The notes beneath the pieces are model-generated. The model did no database searches and was not told where the DNA came from. It was given only the letters and a program-made list of their open reading frames with translations. From Sulfolobales archaeon HS-7 (GTDB lineage: Archaea > Thermoproteota > Thermoprotei_A > Sulfolobales > Sulfolobaceae): 64,000 bases of DNA. Positions 44,478-53,786 of this stretch are shown piece after piece (the stretch's first letter is position 1; every line of letters begins with the position of its first letter). The stretch is taken from NCBI GenBank assembly GCA_019704295.1, contig AP024596.1, positions 640,001 to 704,000 on the forward strand, written 5' to 3'. The position numbers and the translations under genes are program-made.

Positions 44478-45080
44478 TTAACTCACCCATTAGGTTTTTT
44501 ACACCTTGTGTAAACAGCGTCTTCTTGTAGCTTCTCATCCCATAGATCTTCCCTGCGAACGATGTTATGATCGAGATCCTCCACGAGTTCCTGTGTTGCG
44601 TCCTTAGGCTCTTCACCAAAAACCACCTCAATTCTGACTCCCATTGCTGAAAAGAACTCCTCTAAGTATTCGAACCCGAACCTAGTTAGCCTGTCCTCAT
44701 ATGTTACACGACGTCTATACTTCTACTCTCTACTAATCTGAACAGCTTCAGTAACCCTTTCCCCTGCATGTCTAACCCACTAGCGATGTCCTTCAGCACT
44801 TCAACTACTTTATAGCCCTTAGCTGTTGCGTAGTTTGTTAAGTGGTTTACTTGCCTTTCCAAATCCTCCTTTTGGTCAGCTGAAGAGACTTTAGCGTAAA
44901 TTACAGCCCTACTCTCCTCCCTCCTCTCCAAATATTTCTTTACCTCGCTGTAAGGTATCCTGTACTTCCCGCCCTCAGTCGTTACAGCCCTAATATTGCC
45001 TTCCCTAATCCACCGTAGGAGTGTTGAGTATGAAATACCTAGTAGTTGGCAAGCCTCCTTAGTCTTAATAGGATCTCCAC
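44449..45080 (-). pseudogene. tnpA: IS607 tnpA pseudogene
   Basis: Fragments 44704-44931 and 44449-44631 (SIITSFAGKIYGMRS) plus frameshifted HTH. Confidence 0.88.
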
Positions 45081-45246
45081 AAATTTAGTTGATAATAAAT
45101 AAATATAAAAAGAGTTCTATTAACATAAAAAAGATTTCACCCCTTCTTCGTTCTTAACAATGTGTATAGGGTCATCCATTGATAAATTTACCACACACTT
45201 CGAACCCCTACTTTTATAACCTTTCCAGTCAAGCTCATATTCGTTA

Positions 45247-45300
45247 GAAGTGATGAGGGCTGGTATTTTTGAACTGTGAAATATGACTCCAGTTCTGATG
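45247..45300 (+). ncRNA. Box C/D 2'-O-methylation guide sRNA
   Basis: C box GTGATGA 45250-56, D' TTGA 45269-72, C' TGTGA 45275-79, D CTGA 45295-98; TATA (TTTTATAA) at about 45212; both guides resemble antisense 16S rRNA. Confidence 0.8.
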
Positions 45301-46071
45301 AATGAAATAATAACTGAAGAAACTCTTGTAGTGGTATATTTAGATGAGAGGCGAAGATATATAGCTAAACCAAAAAAAGGGGAAAAATTTCACACAGATA
45401 AGGGAGTTATAAGTTGGGATGACATTATAGGCAAGGGATTCGGTTCGTCATTTTACACCAGTAAAGGAATTAAGTATTGGATATTTGCTCCGCTTCTTGA
45501 GGACATTTACTTAGGATTTAGCCGACCGTCGCAGGTCATATACCCTAAGGATGCGGCATACATTGTTTTCTATCTTGGAATTAGAGAAGGAGATAGGGTA
45601 TTAGAGGCTGGAACAGGTTCGGGATTCATGACGTCTATCTTAGCCTGGTTTGTGGGAAACTCAGGAAGAGTCTACACTTATGATGTTAGGGATGACATGA
45701 GCGAAAGGGCAAGGAAAAACATCGAAATGTTGGGATTTGGGGATAGAGTTCAATTTAACGTAGGTAACGTTGTTGATGCTAAACTGGATTTTCCAGTTAA
45801 CAAGATCTTTTTAGACCTGCCAGATCCGTGGAATGTAATACCGAGCGTAAATAACTTACTAATTCCATCTGGAACTATTGCAGTATTCGTCCCTACCACA
45901 AATCAGATAGAGAAAACCACCAATGCCTTATCTGAGGGTAATTTCGTCGACATTAGGGCGGTGGAACTTATCAATAGAGAGTATCAATTGAAAAGAAATG
46001 CAGTAAGACCTAAAAACATAGGTGTTCTGCACACGGGGTATATAATTACTGCCCGTAAAGCAAGTACTTAA
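45298..46071 (+). CDS. trmI: tRNA (adenine-57/58-N1)-methyltransferase
   Basis: QVIYPKD, VLEAGTGSG, FLDLPDPW, HTGY; start moved to ATG 45298 because ATG 45283 lies inside the sRNA. Confidence 0.95.
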   Translation: MNEIITEETLVVVYLDERRRYIAKPKKGEKFHTDKGVISWDDIIGKGFGSSFYTSKGIKYWIFAPLLEDIYLGFSRPSQVIYPKDAAYIVFYLGIREGDRVLEAGTGSGFMTSILAWFVGNSGRVYTYDVRDDMSERARKNIEMLGFGDRVQFNVGNVVDAKLDFPVNKIFLDLPDPWNVIPSVNNLLIPSGTIAVFVPTTNQIEKTTNALSEGNFVDIRAVELINREYQLKRNAVRPKNIGVLHTGYIITARKAST

Positions 46072-46609
46072 CCAGTTGCGAAAAGGATCTTGCTCTATGT
46101 GAAATCCTATTCTTCTCTTCTAAATCCATCTCGGCAAAAGTTATTTTCTCTCCTTCTGGTATAAACACCGGATCGAAGCCGAAACCACCACTTCCCCGAA
46201 CCTCTTCGGATATCACCCCCGTTACAGCACCTACGAACAACTTTTCGTCGTTTTCATCTGCAAGACATATTACCGATTTGAATGAGGCCGTTCTATCTCT
46301 TTCGCCTTTCATTAACTTCAGAACGCCTCGAGTTCCTATTGTTTTATAAGCGTAACTAGTGTAGGGACCAGGAAAACCGCTTAGGGCATTAATGAAAAGT
46401 CCTGCATCCTCGAGAATAAAGGGCTTATTCATTGATGGGCGAAGTACGGAACACCCGAACCTCACTACGTCCTCCAATTCCTCAGCCTGTATTTCCGGTT
46501 TAGAGTAATTTATCCACCTTAGGGCTATTCCGTATGCCCTAGACAGGTGAATTATTTCCTCTGCTTTTCCCTTATTCGACGTTATGAGGCTTATTTCTCC
46601 TCTCCTCAA
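46046..46609 (-). CDS. Non-canonical purine NTP pyrophosphatase (HAM1/RdgB)
   Basis: TSNKGK, EDAGL, GFPGPY, GFGFDPVF, KNRISHR. Confidence 0.96.
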   Translation of the reverse strand: MRRGEISLITSNKGKAEEIIHLSRAYGIALRWINYSKPEIQAEELEDVVRFGCSVLRPSMNKPFILEDAGLFINALSGFPGPYTSYAYKTIGTRGVLKLMKGERDRTASFKSVICLADENDEKLFVGAVTGVISEEVRGSGGFGFDPVFIPEGEKITFAEMDLEEKNRISHRARSFSQLVKYLLYGQ

Positions 46610-47213
46610 CGTATCTACCCCTAAGTCTTATTTCCTTAACTCTTGTAACTATATCCTCCGTTTCACTACCAGCTACTTCCTTATATCCTGAGAGAAAAAC
46701 ATCCTTTACGCTTTCAGAGATAGAGGGGAAAATACTCTCGATCGAGCGTAACATTGTGTGAATATCTGTCGCTATATCCTCAACATCATTCGAGAAACCG
46801 CTGAGACCGAAATCGATAATAAATGCACCCTCTTTTGACGCGATCACGTTATTTAATGTCAAGTCCCCGTGATATATATTGCCCCTGTGCATAAGTGCAC
46901 TCATTCTACCTGCATCACGGACGTAATCTAACAGAAGAGACGGGGTCAACTTGCTTAATGGCAGCCCCTCAACGTACTCCATAATCAGTGTGTATTCCCT
47001 TAAGTTAACGTAATATAGTGCGGGAGTTCTAACTCCCTCTCTTATAGAGGAAAACATAACCTTAGCTTCCTTAAGTGTCCTCTCCAGATTTATTCTCCTA
47101 TCTATTAAAGGATTTCTATAACGTTTGGAAATCCTTCTCTTATATACTGCTTTTACTCCCAGGAATTCCCCCAGGTATATTTCAGCTTCTGCTCCCTTAG
47201 CTATTAACTCCAA
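46572..47213 (-). CDS. bud32: KEOPS kinase Bud32
   Basis: [22 protein letters not shown]. Confidence 0.95.
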   Translation of the reverse strand: MELIAKGAEAEIYLGEFLGVKAVYKRRISKRYRNPLIDRRINLERTLKEAKVMFSSIREGVRTPALYYVNLREYTLIMEYVEGLPLSKLTPSLLLDYVRDAGRMSALMHRGNIYHGDLTLNNVIASKEGAFIIDFGLSGFSNDVEDIATDIHTMLRSIESIFPSISESVKDVFLSGYKEVAGSETEDIVTRVKEIRLRGRYVEERRNKPHNVE

Positions 47214-48196
47214 GGTATATCAACTTCCTCGATTCTCCATCTTGGTCTGACGTAAGACTCCTCTATGTTAATCCTTACTCCGTGTTTGAGCAATAATAGC
47301 CCGGCATAGGCTATCATGGCCCCGTTATCTCCCGCGAACTCCGGGGACACGATTTTTAGTATAACGTCTCTTTCCTCTGATAACACGTCTAATTTCTCCT
47401 TCAGACTTTGACTCGCTGCTACACCACCCACAACCAGAATTTCCCTTTTCCCAGTGAGCGATAGCGCTCTTTCGGAAGCTTCTATCAACATATCGAATGC
47501 AATTTCCCGTAAGCTAAAGCATACGTCGTTAAGGTTATGGTTTTTAGTTGCTCTCAACGCGGCGGTCAGTAGTCCGGAGAAAGACATATCTTGTCCCTTT
47601 ACTACGTAAGGTAACTCAACTAATTCTGAACCCTTCTCAGCACAAACGTCGATCATGTGTTTACCAGCTTTCACGTAAGGCGGAGCTAGGCCGACTTCTC
47701 TAACAAAAACATCAATCATATTACCCAACGCTATGTCTAGAGTTTCGCCTAAAATCCTGTACCTCCTCTCTCTCAAGACGGTTATGATTGTGTTACCGCC
47801 AGAGAGGTAGAGAATTAGCGGATCGTTACTCTCCGTCGTAAGCCTGCCTATTTCTATGTGACCTATTCCGTGATTGACTGGGATCAGGGGTTTCCTATAT
47901 TTCAAGGCTAATGCTCTAGCCACTGTAGCACCTACACGAAGTACCGGTCCAAGTCCGGGACCTAGGGAAATGGCGATCCCATCTACACTGCTGATGGTAA
48001 CTCCAGCCTTACTTAGAGCGTCTACTACTATATCAGGGGCGACTTCGGAATGGTGACGTGCTACTTCTCCGGGTTTCATTCCGCCTTCTTTGGGAACAAA
48101 AGTATCTTTTACATTAGATAATATATACGGCTCCTCATCGCACGCGATACCCACGCCGAACGTATGAGCAGTAGATTCTATTCCTAATACCTTCAT
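47204..48196 (-). CDS. kae1: tRNA t6A synthase Kae1
   Basis: [35 protein letters not shown]. Confidence 0.97.
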   Translation of the reverse strand: MKVLGIESTAHTFGVGIACDEEPYILSNVKDTFVPKEGGMKPGEVARHHSEVAPDIVVDALSKAGVTISSVDGIAISLGPGLGPVLRVGATVARALALKYRKPLIPVNHGIGHIEIGRLTTESNDPLILYLSGGNTIITVLRERRYRILGETLDIALGNMIDVFVREVGLAPPYVKAGKHMIDVCAEKGSELVELPYVVKGQDMSFSGLLTAALRATKNHNLNDVCFSLREIAFDMLIEASERALSLTGKREILVVGGVAASQSLKEKLDVLSEERDVILKIVSPEFAGDNGAMIAYAGLLLLKHGVRINIEESYVRPRWRIEEVDIPWS

Positions 48197-48375
48197 TACC
48201 TGCCCTTCTTTCCGATGAACTCAGTGTAATAGCACTTCCCGCAAGTCCACCTCTCAACGGGCTTCATGTGATGAGCCATAACGCTCCCACACCTCGGACA
48301 TTTCTTATTCTTAAGCTTAACACCTTTTGAAGAAATCTCATAATATGATACTATCGTGGTTTTACCCTTACTCAT
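48196..48375 (-). CDS. rps27ae: 30S ribosomal protein S27ae (59 aa; not in ORF track)
   Basis: ...[34 protein letters not shown]; between rps24e and kae1. Confidence 0.95.
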   Translation of the reverse strand: MSKGKTTIVSYYEISSKGVKLKNKKCPRCGSVMAHHMKPVERWTCGKCYYTEFIGKKGR

Positions 48376-48700
48376 TACTCTTCTCCTCCTTAATTCCTCT
48401 CTTTACTATATATTCGCTTTCAAAATGTTCTACGCTTTTTGGGTTATCGTAAATCATAGCTACCGCAAATGACGTAGCACTTCCGTAGCTTGTATCTATC
48501 CTCCTGATCACTATCTGACTTTCGTCCTTAGCCGAAAAGTACTCCTTTATAGACTTCCTAATCTCCTCTCTAGAGGGGGTTCCTGCACCCATATGATAAA
48601 GTTTTAGAACAACCTCCCTTCTTCCAGCCACAGTGTTGGACTTTAAACTGTCTATTACTCCTTCTACCTTTTCTGAGACCTTTATTGTTTGTCGTGACAT
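48368..48700 (-). CDS. rps24e: 30S ribosomal protein S24e
   Basis: GRREV, H.GAGTPSR, TSYG, IYD. Confidence 0.93.
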   Translation of the reverse strand: MSRQTIKVSEKVEGVIDSLKSNTVAGRREVVLKLYHMGAGTPSREEIRKSIKEYFSAKDESQIVIRRIDTSYGSATSFAVAMIYDNPKSVEHFESEYIVKRGIKEEKSNE

Positions 48701-48812
48701 CGATAATCACTTGTTGTACAGAAAATAAGATTTTCCCATGAAATTTCTAAGCTAGCAACTGCAAAATTTTACTGAATCTTATATCTAACTTCCCTTCTCA
48801 TTTTCCATAATA

Positions 48813-49127
48813 TTATTCTTCATTGTCACTGACATGCACAGTATCTCCGATTACTTCAACTTTGTAGGTTTTAATATCCTTTTTTGAGGCTCCCTTTTTG
48901 ACCTTCCCGTCAAAAACCGAGAAATGGGAAAAGTGACACTGGCATACAAGTTCCTCTCGTATTATAACACCAACTTTTAATATATCACAACCTAAATGGG
49001 GACAATACGCATCAAACGCAAAAAACCTATCTCCTCCCATGTAAAACACTACCACGTCTTTCTCTCCAACCTTCACTTTTCTTTTTTCTCCAGTTCTAAA
49101 ATCAGACAGTTTAAATTGAACAGACAC
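48813..49127 (-). CDS. Rieske-type [2Fe-2S] ferredoxin
   Basis: CPHLGC and CQCHFS ligand motifs. Confidence 0.92.
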   Translation of the reverse strand: MSVQFKLSDFRTGEKRKVKVGEKDVVVFYMGGDRFFAFDAYCPHLGCDILKVGVIIREELVCQCHFSHFSVFDGKVKKGASKKDIKTYKVEVIGDTVHVSDNEE

Positions 49128-49234
49128 GTTTTGTTAATAGTTCGACGTTTTTAACTTTATCCTCAAAGTGTAATGATTAGATGAGATAACTGTCGCACTT
49201 ACCATATACGACCCCTTGCAAACGTTATTATCTT

Positions 49235-50200
49235 TCATTTGTAGAGTTCTGTTTCTCTAATGCTTTCCTGATTTAGTGGCTTAAACTTTTTATCATATTG
49301 ATTTTTCAAAAAACTTAACGTCTCTTCATCAAGCTTCCCTTTTTCTATTTCTGTGACGAATCTACGAATATCCGATATACTGGATATATTGGGTATAACT
49401 GAGGTTACAGCTAGGTTAGTTATCACAAAGCGTAATGCAACCTCAGATAGACTCATCCCTCTAACCGATAAGAAATCCTTTAATTCCTTCACAGCCTCTG
49501 ATGCACGAATTAACCATTCCAAGTTCTTATACCTTCTATGGAGAGTATGATTTTCTTCTATGGGCCATTTAGTCTCGTCTAAAACATCAGACGCATGCGG
49601 AACTCTGATAAAGTGAGCAACGTTAAGCTTAAGGAGGTCTTCCCCTGGCTTTCTTTCAATCACGTTGTAAATGTGTTCAAGAGCTAAATATCCGCGTTTG
49701 GATGACTCTATCCCCTCCTCTAACCAACCTATTGTAGGTCCTAAGGCTACTCCGATGGATTCAGCATACCCGTCCTCAACTGTGCTTTTCATGAACTCGT
49801 AAATATCTCCGTTAGTTATGTCGTCCATTATCGGATTATGGAGCATGAGGATATCTACGTAATCCGTATTTAACCTTCGCAAGGCATCCTTTAACCTTTT
49901 GTCTAATACCTCGGGGCTTAACCTATCTTTCCTTACATTGTGCGGAACAAAGCCTATTTTTTCAATTATTACTACCCTATCCCTTTTCGTTGAAATTGCC
50001 TTTCCTAAAACCTTATCTCCAATACCATTGCCGTATACGTCAGCGGTGTCAAAGAGATTGACATCGTATTCTAAACTATTTCTTATTATTTCCTCAGCCC
50101 TTTCAGGACTCCCGCCCCATTCTGGTGAGATAACTGACCACGTTCCAATCCCCAATACTGATGTCTCCTTTTTGGTATGTGGTATTTTCCTGTATTCCAT
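49235..50200 (-). CDS. Aldo/keto reductase
   Basis: LGIGTW, FDTADVYG, LRRLNTDYVDILMLH. Confidence 0.93.
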   Translation of the reverse strand: MEYRKIPHTKKETSVLGIGTWSVISPEWGGSPERAEEIIRNSLEYDVNLFDTADVYGNGIGDKVLGKAISTKRDRVVIIEKIGFVPHNVRKDRLSPEVLDKRLKDALRRLNTDYVDILMLHNPIMDDITNGDIYEFMKSTVEDGYAESIGVALGPTIGWLEEGIESSKRGYLALEHIYNVIERKPGEDLLKLNVAHFIRVPHASDVLDETKWPIEENHTLHRRYKNLEWLIRASEAVKELKDFLSVRGMSLSEVALRFVITNLAVTSVIPNISSISDIRRFVTEIEKGKLDEETLSFLKNQYDKKFKPLNQESIRETELYK

Positions 50201-50321
50201 TTGGGAGAACTAAGACATGAAAATAATTAAATTATGAACTCGCTTCACATTAACAGCGCCTTTCACCGTTATCAAGGAAAAGCGATAACTTTTATTGGGT
50301 CTTTCTTGTTAACTTATTATC

Positions 50322-50654
50322 ATGACGGAGAATAGCCTAAAGGAGACTGCTGAGGCGATTATCGAGTTTGAAAAAGGTGTGAATAAGATATTGTCCTCTT
50401 TGCCGGATGACAGCAAGTCTATTATAGAGAAGGCCCTCCAAGGGAATAAATTATTCCAGGATGAATTAAACAAATTATTAAGCAATATAGAGGAGATCGT
50501 AAAACGTGAGGAACAACGTGAAATAGAGCAGATAAGGAAACAATATGATACTGAAAAGGGAAAACAACTACAAGAGTTAAAAACCAAAGCTGAAAAGAAC
50601 TTTAAGGAAGCGTTAAATTACGTAGTGGAGCTGATAGAAGAGGTATATAAATGA
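50322..50654 (+). CDS. Coiled-coil protein, probable A-type ATP synthase peripheral stalk subunit (H/G-like)
   Basis: Charged all-helical 110 aa, ends KNFKEALNYVVELI; overlaps the subunit C gene. Confidence 0.55.
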   Translation: MTENSLKETAEAIIEFEKGVNKILSSLPDDSKSIIEKALQGNKLFQDELNKLLSNIEEIVKREEQREIEQIRKQYDTEKGKQLQELKTKAEKNFKEALNYVVELIEEVYK

Positions 50655-51637
50655 GTTCGCAATATATATATCTCCACTCAATTGCTCGTGTTATTAAAAC
50701 TTTTACAATATCAAGTAAGGTTATTGACGAATTACTGGCAGTAACCTCATTTAGGGAAATGCTAGCTATACTGAGAAGGGAGGGTGTAATCAGCGACGAG
50801 AACGTTTCGCCCAACGAACTTGAAACGAGTATTAAAAAAAGGACGGTTGATCTAATCAGAAAACTCCTTAAGTTCTCTCTCTCCTCTAAAGACTCATACG
50901 CAATAATGGAGGCATATTACTATGAGAGTATCGTAAAGGAATTCGAAAGCGTAGTAAATTCGGTTTTATCGGGTGAGAGTGTAGATAAGAAACACTTGGT
51001 ATCTGAAGATCCCTCGCTTCTTAGCATAACTGATTCCCAGCCGAAAAGTTTCGACGAATTAATCGCATTAACAAGGGGTACATATTTGGAAAAACCCACC
51101 ACCTTTGCTCTAGAACACAGTAATAGAAGCGTAGGAGAAATCGACGCTTTACTAGAATATTATAGTGTTTATGCCGTGAGTAAACTCATAAATGGAATGA
51201 AGGGAGACTGGAAGGTCCCCGCTTCTAATGTAACGTGTACGAAAAGGGATTACTTTTCACTACTTTTACAGAGCAGGGTAAGAAACGCTATAGAGGTGAT
51301 TGAACCATGCAAACTAAGCAAGGAGGCAATAAGGGATGCGTCAACTGGTAGCAACAACGATATTGTTGAAGTTCTCCGAAGAAGTGTTTACGCGAGGGAA
51401 CTGGATCTATCAAGTTATGCGACGGCGATAAGTGATTTTGAAAGACTCTATAAAATAAGCACAAGGAGATCCGCATACGACGTATTTTTAGGTATGAACT
51501 TCTCTCCGGCATTACTTATCGCAATTTCGGAAATATTACTAATGGATATGAGGGATCTAATCGCGATAAGCAACGCAATTAATCTAAACGTATCAAAAGA
51601 TAAAGTTAAAAAAATGATATCGATTGATTTAATCTAG
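50651..51637 (+). CDS. A/V-type ATP synthase subunit C
   Basis: Y..SIAR N-terminus, LTRGTY, E...RDLIAI C-terminus, about 330 aa. Confidence 0.75.
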   Translation: MSSQYIYLHSIARVIKTFTISSKVIDELLAVTSFREMLAILRREGVISDENVSPNELETSIKKRTVDLIRKLLKFSLSSKDSYAIMEAYYYESIVKEFESVVNSVLSGESVDKKHLVSEDPSLLSITDSQPKSFDELIALTRGTYLEKPTTFALEHSNRSVGEIDALLEYYSVYAVSKLINGMKGDWKVPASNVTCTKRDYFSLLLQSRVRNAIEVIEPCKLSKEAIRDASTGSNNDIVEVLRRSVYARELDLSSYATAISDFERLYKISTRRSAYDVFLGMNFSPALLIAISEILLMDMRDLIAISNAINLNVSKDKVKKMISIDLI

Positions 51638-51789
51638 GAGGACTCGATTTTCCCCCATAGTTCCTTCCTTATTATGTCGCCTAGTGCCGCCCTGATTACC
51701 TCACTTCTGGAGGAAAACTTTCCTGTTGTGACCAGTTCGTCTAATGCCTCTATATACTTTTCGGGAACTTTTACCGTTAATATTCGCAT
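51634..51789 (-). CDS. Ribbon-helix-helix (CopG/Arc/MetJ) regulator, 51 aa (not in ORF track)
   Basis: [45 protein letters not shown]. Confidence 0.9.
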   Translation of the reverse strand: MRILTVKVPEKYIEALDELVTTGKFSSRSEVIRAALGDIIRKELWGKIESS

Positions 51790-51824
51790 TCTTATCGATT
51801 GGTTAACTTGAATGCCTCAGTCTT

Positions 51825-52568
51825 TTAAGTATTAGTCCCCGGGGTTTTAGCCTGATTCCATAAATACTCAAAGTATACTGATGCTATCTCTACGAAATAC
51901 TGATGGTTAGATAACAAGCCGATTTGAGTTTCACCGCTTTTAACTATAAGCAATACTCCCTGATTTGTTATTACTCCACTTCCGAACATGGAAGAGAGAT
52001 TTCTGTAATCAGCACCCTTAATCTCCAGTCCGTCACAAGCAAGTACTCTTACGTCGGCCTTGAATATCAGGCTCTCGATTATACTTCTTAGCTCCTTTGA
52101 TAACAGCTCTCTATTGGATATCGCTATCATTACCTTTCCCTTAGCCTCACTCAATAGCCTTATCATTTCAGTCTTGACTTGTTCTCCTGAGATCACGAAC
52201 ACCGAATAAAATGGGGATGGAGTAGCAAGTACTGCAGACAGGGGCTCAATAAATTGCTTCTCAAGAAGTTCCATTCTCTCTTCTATATTTTTCTTTATCT
52301 TTATCCAAACATCCCTCAAAGGGTAGGCCTCATATTTTACGGGTTTTCCATGTATTTTATGGATCCATCCCCGACTTTCCAATTTAGTTAGTATAGGATA
52401 GACCTTAGTATAAGAGATACCTAATTTGGAGGCTATTTCCCTAGCTGTCAGTGTGCCGTATAATAGAAGTGTAGAGTAAGTTTTCAGTTCAGATTTAGAT
52501 ATTCCGAATGGAGTAGCCATTTTAGAGACTTTATCGATAATATCGTCGATTGCTGATGACTTCATCAT
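51825..52568 (-). CDS. TrmB family transcriptional regulator
   Basis: FGISKSELKTY, TAREIA, KVYPILTKLESRGW, KP.KY. Confidence 0.92.
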   Translation of the reverse strand: MMKSSAIDDIIDKVSKMATPFGISKSELKTYSTLLLYGTLTAREIASKLGISYTKVYPILTKLESRGWIHKIHGKPVKYEAYPLRDVWIKIKKNIEERMELLEKQFIEPLSAVLATPSPFYSVFVISGEQVKTEMIRLLSEAKGKVMIAISNRELLSKELRSIIESLIFKADVRVLACDGLEIKGADYRNLSSMFGSGVITNQGVLLIVKSGETQIGLLSNHQYFVEIASVYFEYLWNQAKTPGTNT

Positions 52569-52614
52569 AGATATATATTAAACCTTTGATACCTTAATAT
52601 ATTACAGAGCATTT

Positions 52615-52941
52615 ATGGGAGGTACTTCAAAGAAACCTATATCCAATATGGAGAAGAGAATGAGAAAGTTACAAGAAGAGTCTGCAAAAAAGGAGAAAAA
52701 AACGGGTCAATCTAAGAACGTAAAGGAAAATCCAAACAAAACAGTTCAAGTAGACGAAGGAGTAATAGAAAGAGTTAAAGGTGAGATATCGAAAGAGTCC
52801 TATATAACCCCTTATGCCCTCGCTAACAGATTAGGGATATCAATTAGCGCCTCCAAACATCTCTTAAATGATTTATATAAAAGGGGAGAGATAAAACTAG
52901 TTTCCAAAACTAGAAGAGTCGCACTTTATTCAAATAATTAA
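52615..52941 (+). CDS. rps25e: 30S ribosomal protein S25e
   Basis: MGGTSKKPIS, ITPYALA, SISASK. Confidence 0.93.
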   Translation: MGGTSKKPISNMEKRMRKLQEESAKKEKKTGQSKNVKENPNKTVQVDEGVIERVKGEISKESYITPYALANRLGISISASKHLLNDLYKRGEIKLVSKTRRVALYSNN

Positions 52942-53786
52942 TTTCCCTTAGAAGTCATCCTATTTTTCTTTAGTGATTTATAGAGGCCAGTTATTACGCT
53001 CTCTAGTGTAGGATATTTAGCTATTTCCTTAGCTCTAAATAGTACGGAAGAGTCGATTGACAGTAGCGTGTCGTCGTCTGCAGCCTCCCTTATAAGATCT
53101 CCCTCAGAACTAATTATGAAACTAGGTGCCCTTAGTCTTTCGTCACCGTTGTCATCCTCTAGTACCCCACCCGCTATAAGCATCGGTATGCCGTTCTCTA
53201 TTGCTCTCGTTATTGCAACGTGTTTGATATGATCTGGTTTTGACTCTACAGTTCGTGCAGAGCCCAGAATTGCACTACATCCGCTTATAGTTAATATTCT
53301 CGATATTTCAGGCATGAATATGTCGTCTTCTGCTATAATACCGTATTTTTTGTCAAGAGTAAAGGTGACTGGTTCTTTGCCCGCAGAAAGTCCCAACTGC
53401 ATTTCCCTTTCTGAAGGGGCTAACTTCCTATATTTCCCTAATATTTCCCCCTGAGGTGAAATAAACACAGATGTGAGAAAAATCTTTGGTCCTGCCTGTT
53501 CCAGAATCGGACCTGCCAACACATAAAGTTCGCCTTCAATCGCTAAGTTAATGAGAGAGTCCGTGGAATTACCTCTAATCTTCTCCGATAGATTCTTTAC
53601 CAAACTTCTGGCCCTTCTCTCATTATCGTAAAGCGAGATAACGTTACCTACCGGAAACATGGAGGGAAGTATAATGAGCTTTGCGCCTTTTTCCCGCGCG
53701 TTCTTTAGAAGTCTCTTAGCTTTTTCTATGTTGTGTCTCCTACCCATGCTCTTCATCCGCATGAAAGTTACGGCGATTAACAACAC
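52938..53786 (-). CDS. Carbon-nitrogen hydrolase (nitrilase) family protein, catalytic triad degenerate
   Basis: GAKLIILPS, SPQGEILGKYRK, RAIEN; usual PE and CYD motifs altered. Confidence 0.8.
   Translation of the reverse strand: MLLIAVTFMRMKSMGRRHNIEKAKRLLKNAREKGAKLIILPSMFPVGNVISLYDNERRARSLVKNLSEKIRGNSTDSLINLAIEGELYVLAGPILEQAGPKIFLTSVFISPQGEILGKYRKLAPSEREMQLGLSAGKEPVTFTLDKKYGIIAEDDIFMPEISRILTISGCSAILGSARTVESKPDHIKHVAITRAIENGIPMLIAGGVLEDDNGDERLRAPSFIISSEGDLIREAADDDTLLSIDSSVLFRAKEIAKYPTLESVITGLYKSLKKNRMTSKGN

Larger units (their letters stand above)
43200..45125 (-). mobile_element. Second decayed IS607-family element (tnpA + tnpB)
   Basis: EACQLLGISYSTL, AVIYAKVSSADQKEDLERQ; tnpB fragments with DLNE, VLEDL, VNPAYTS, HRDVVA; boundaries approximate. 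Confidence 0.9.
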
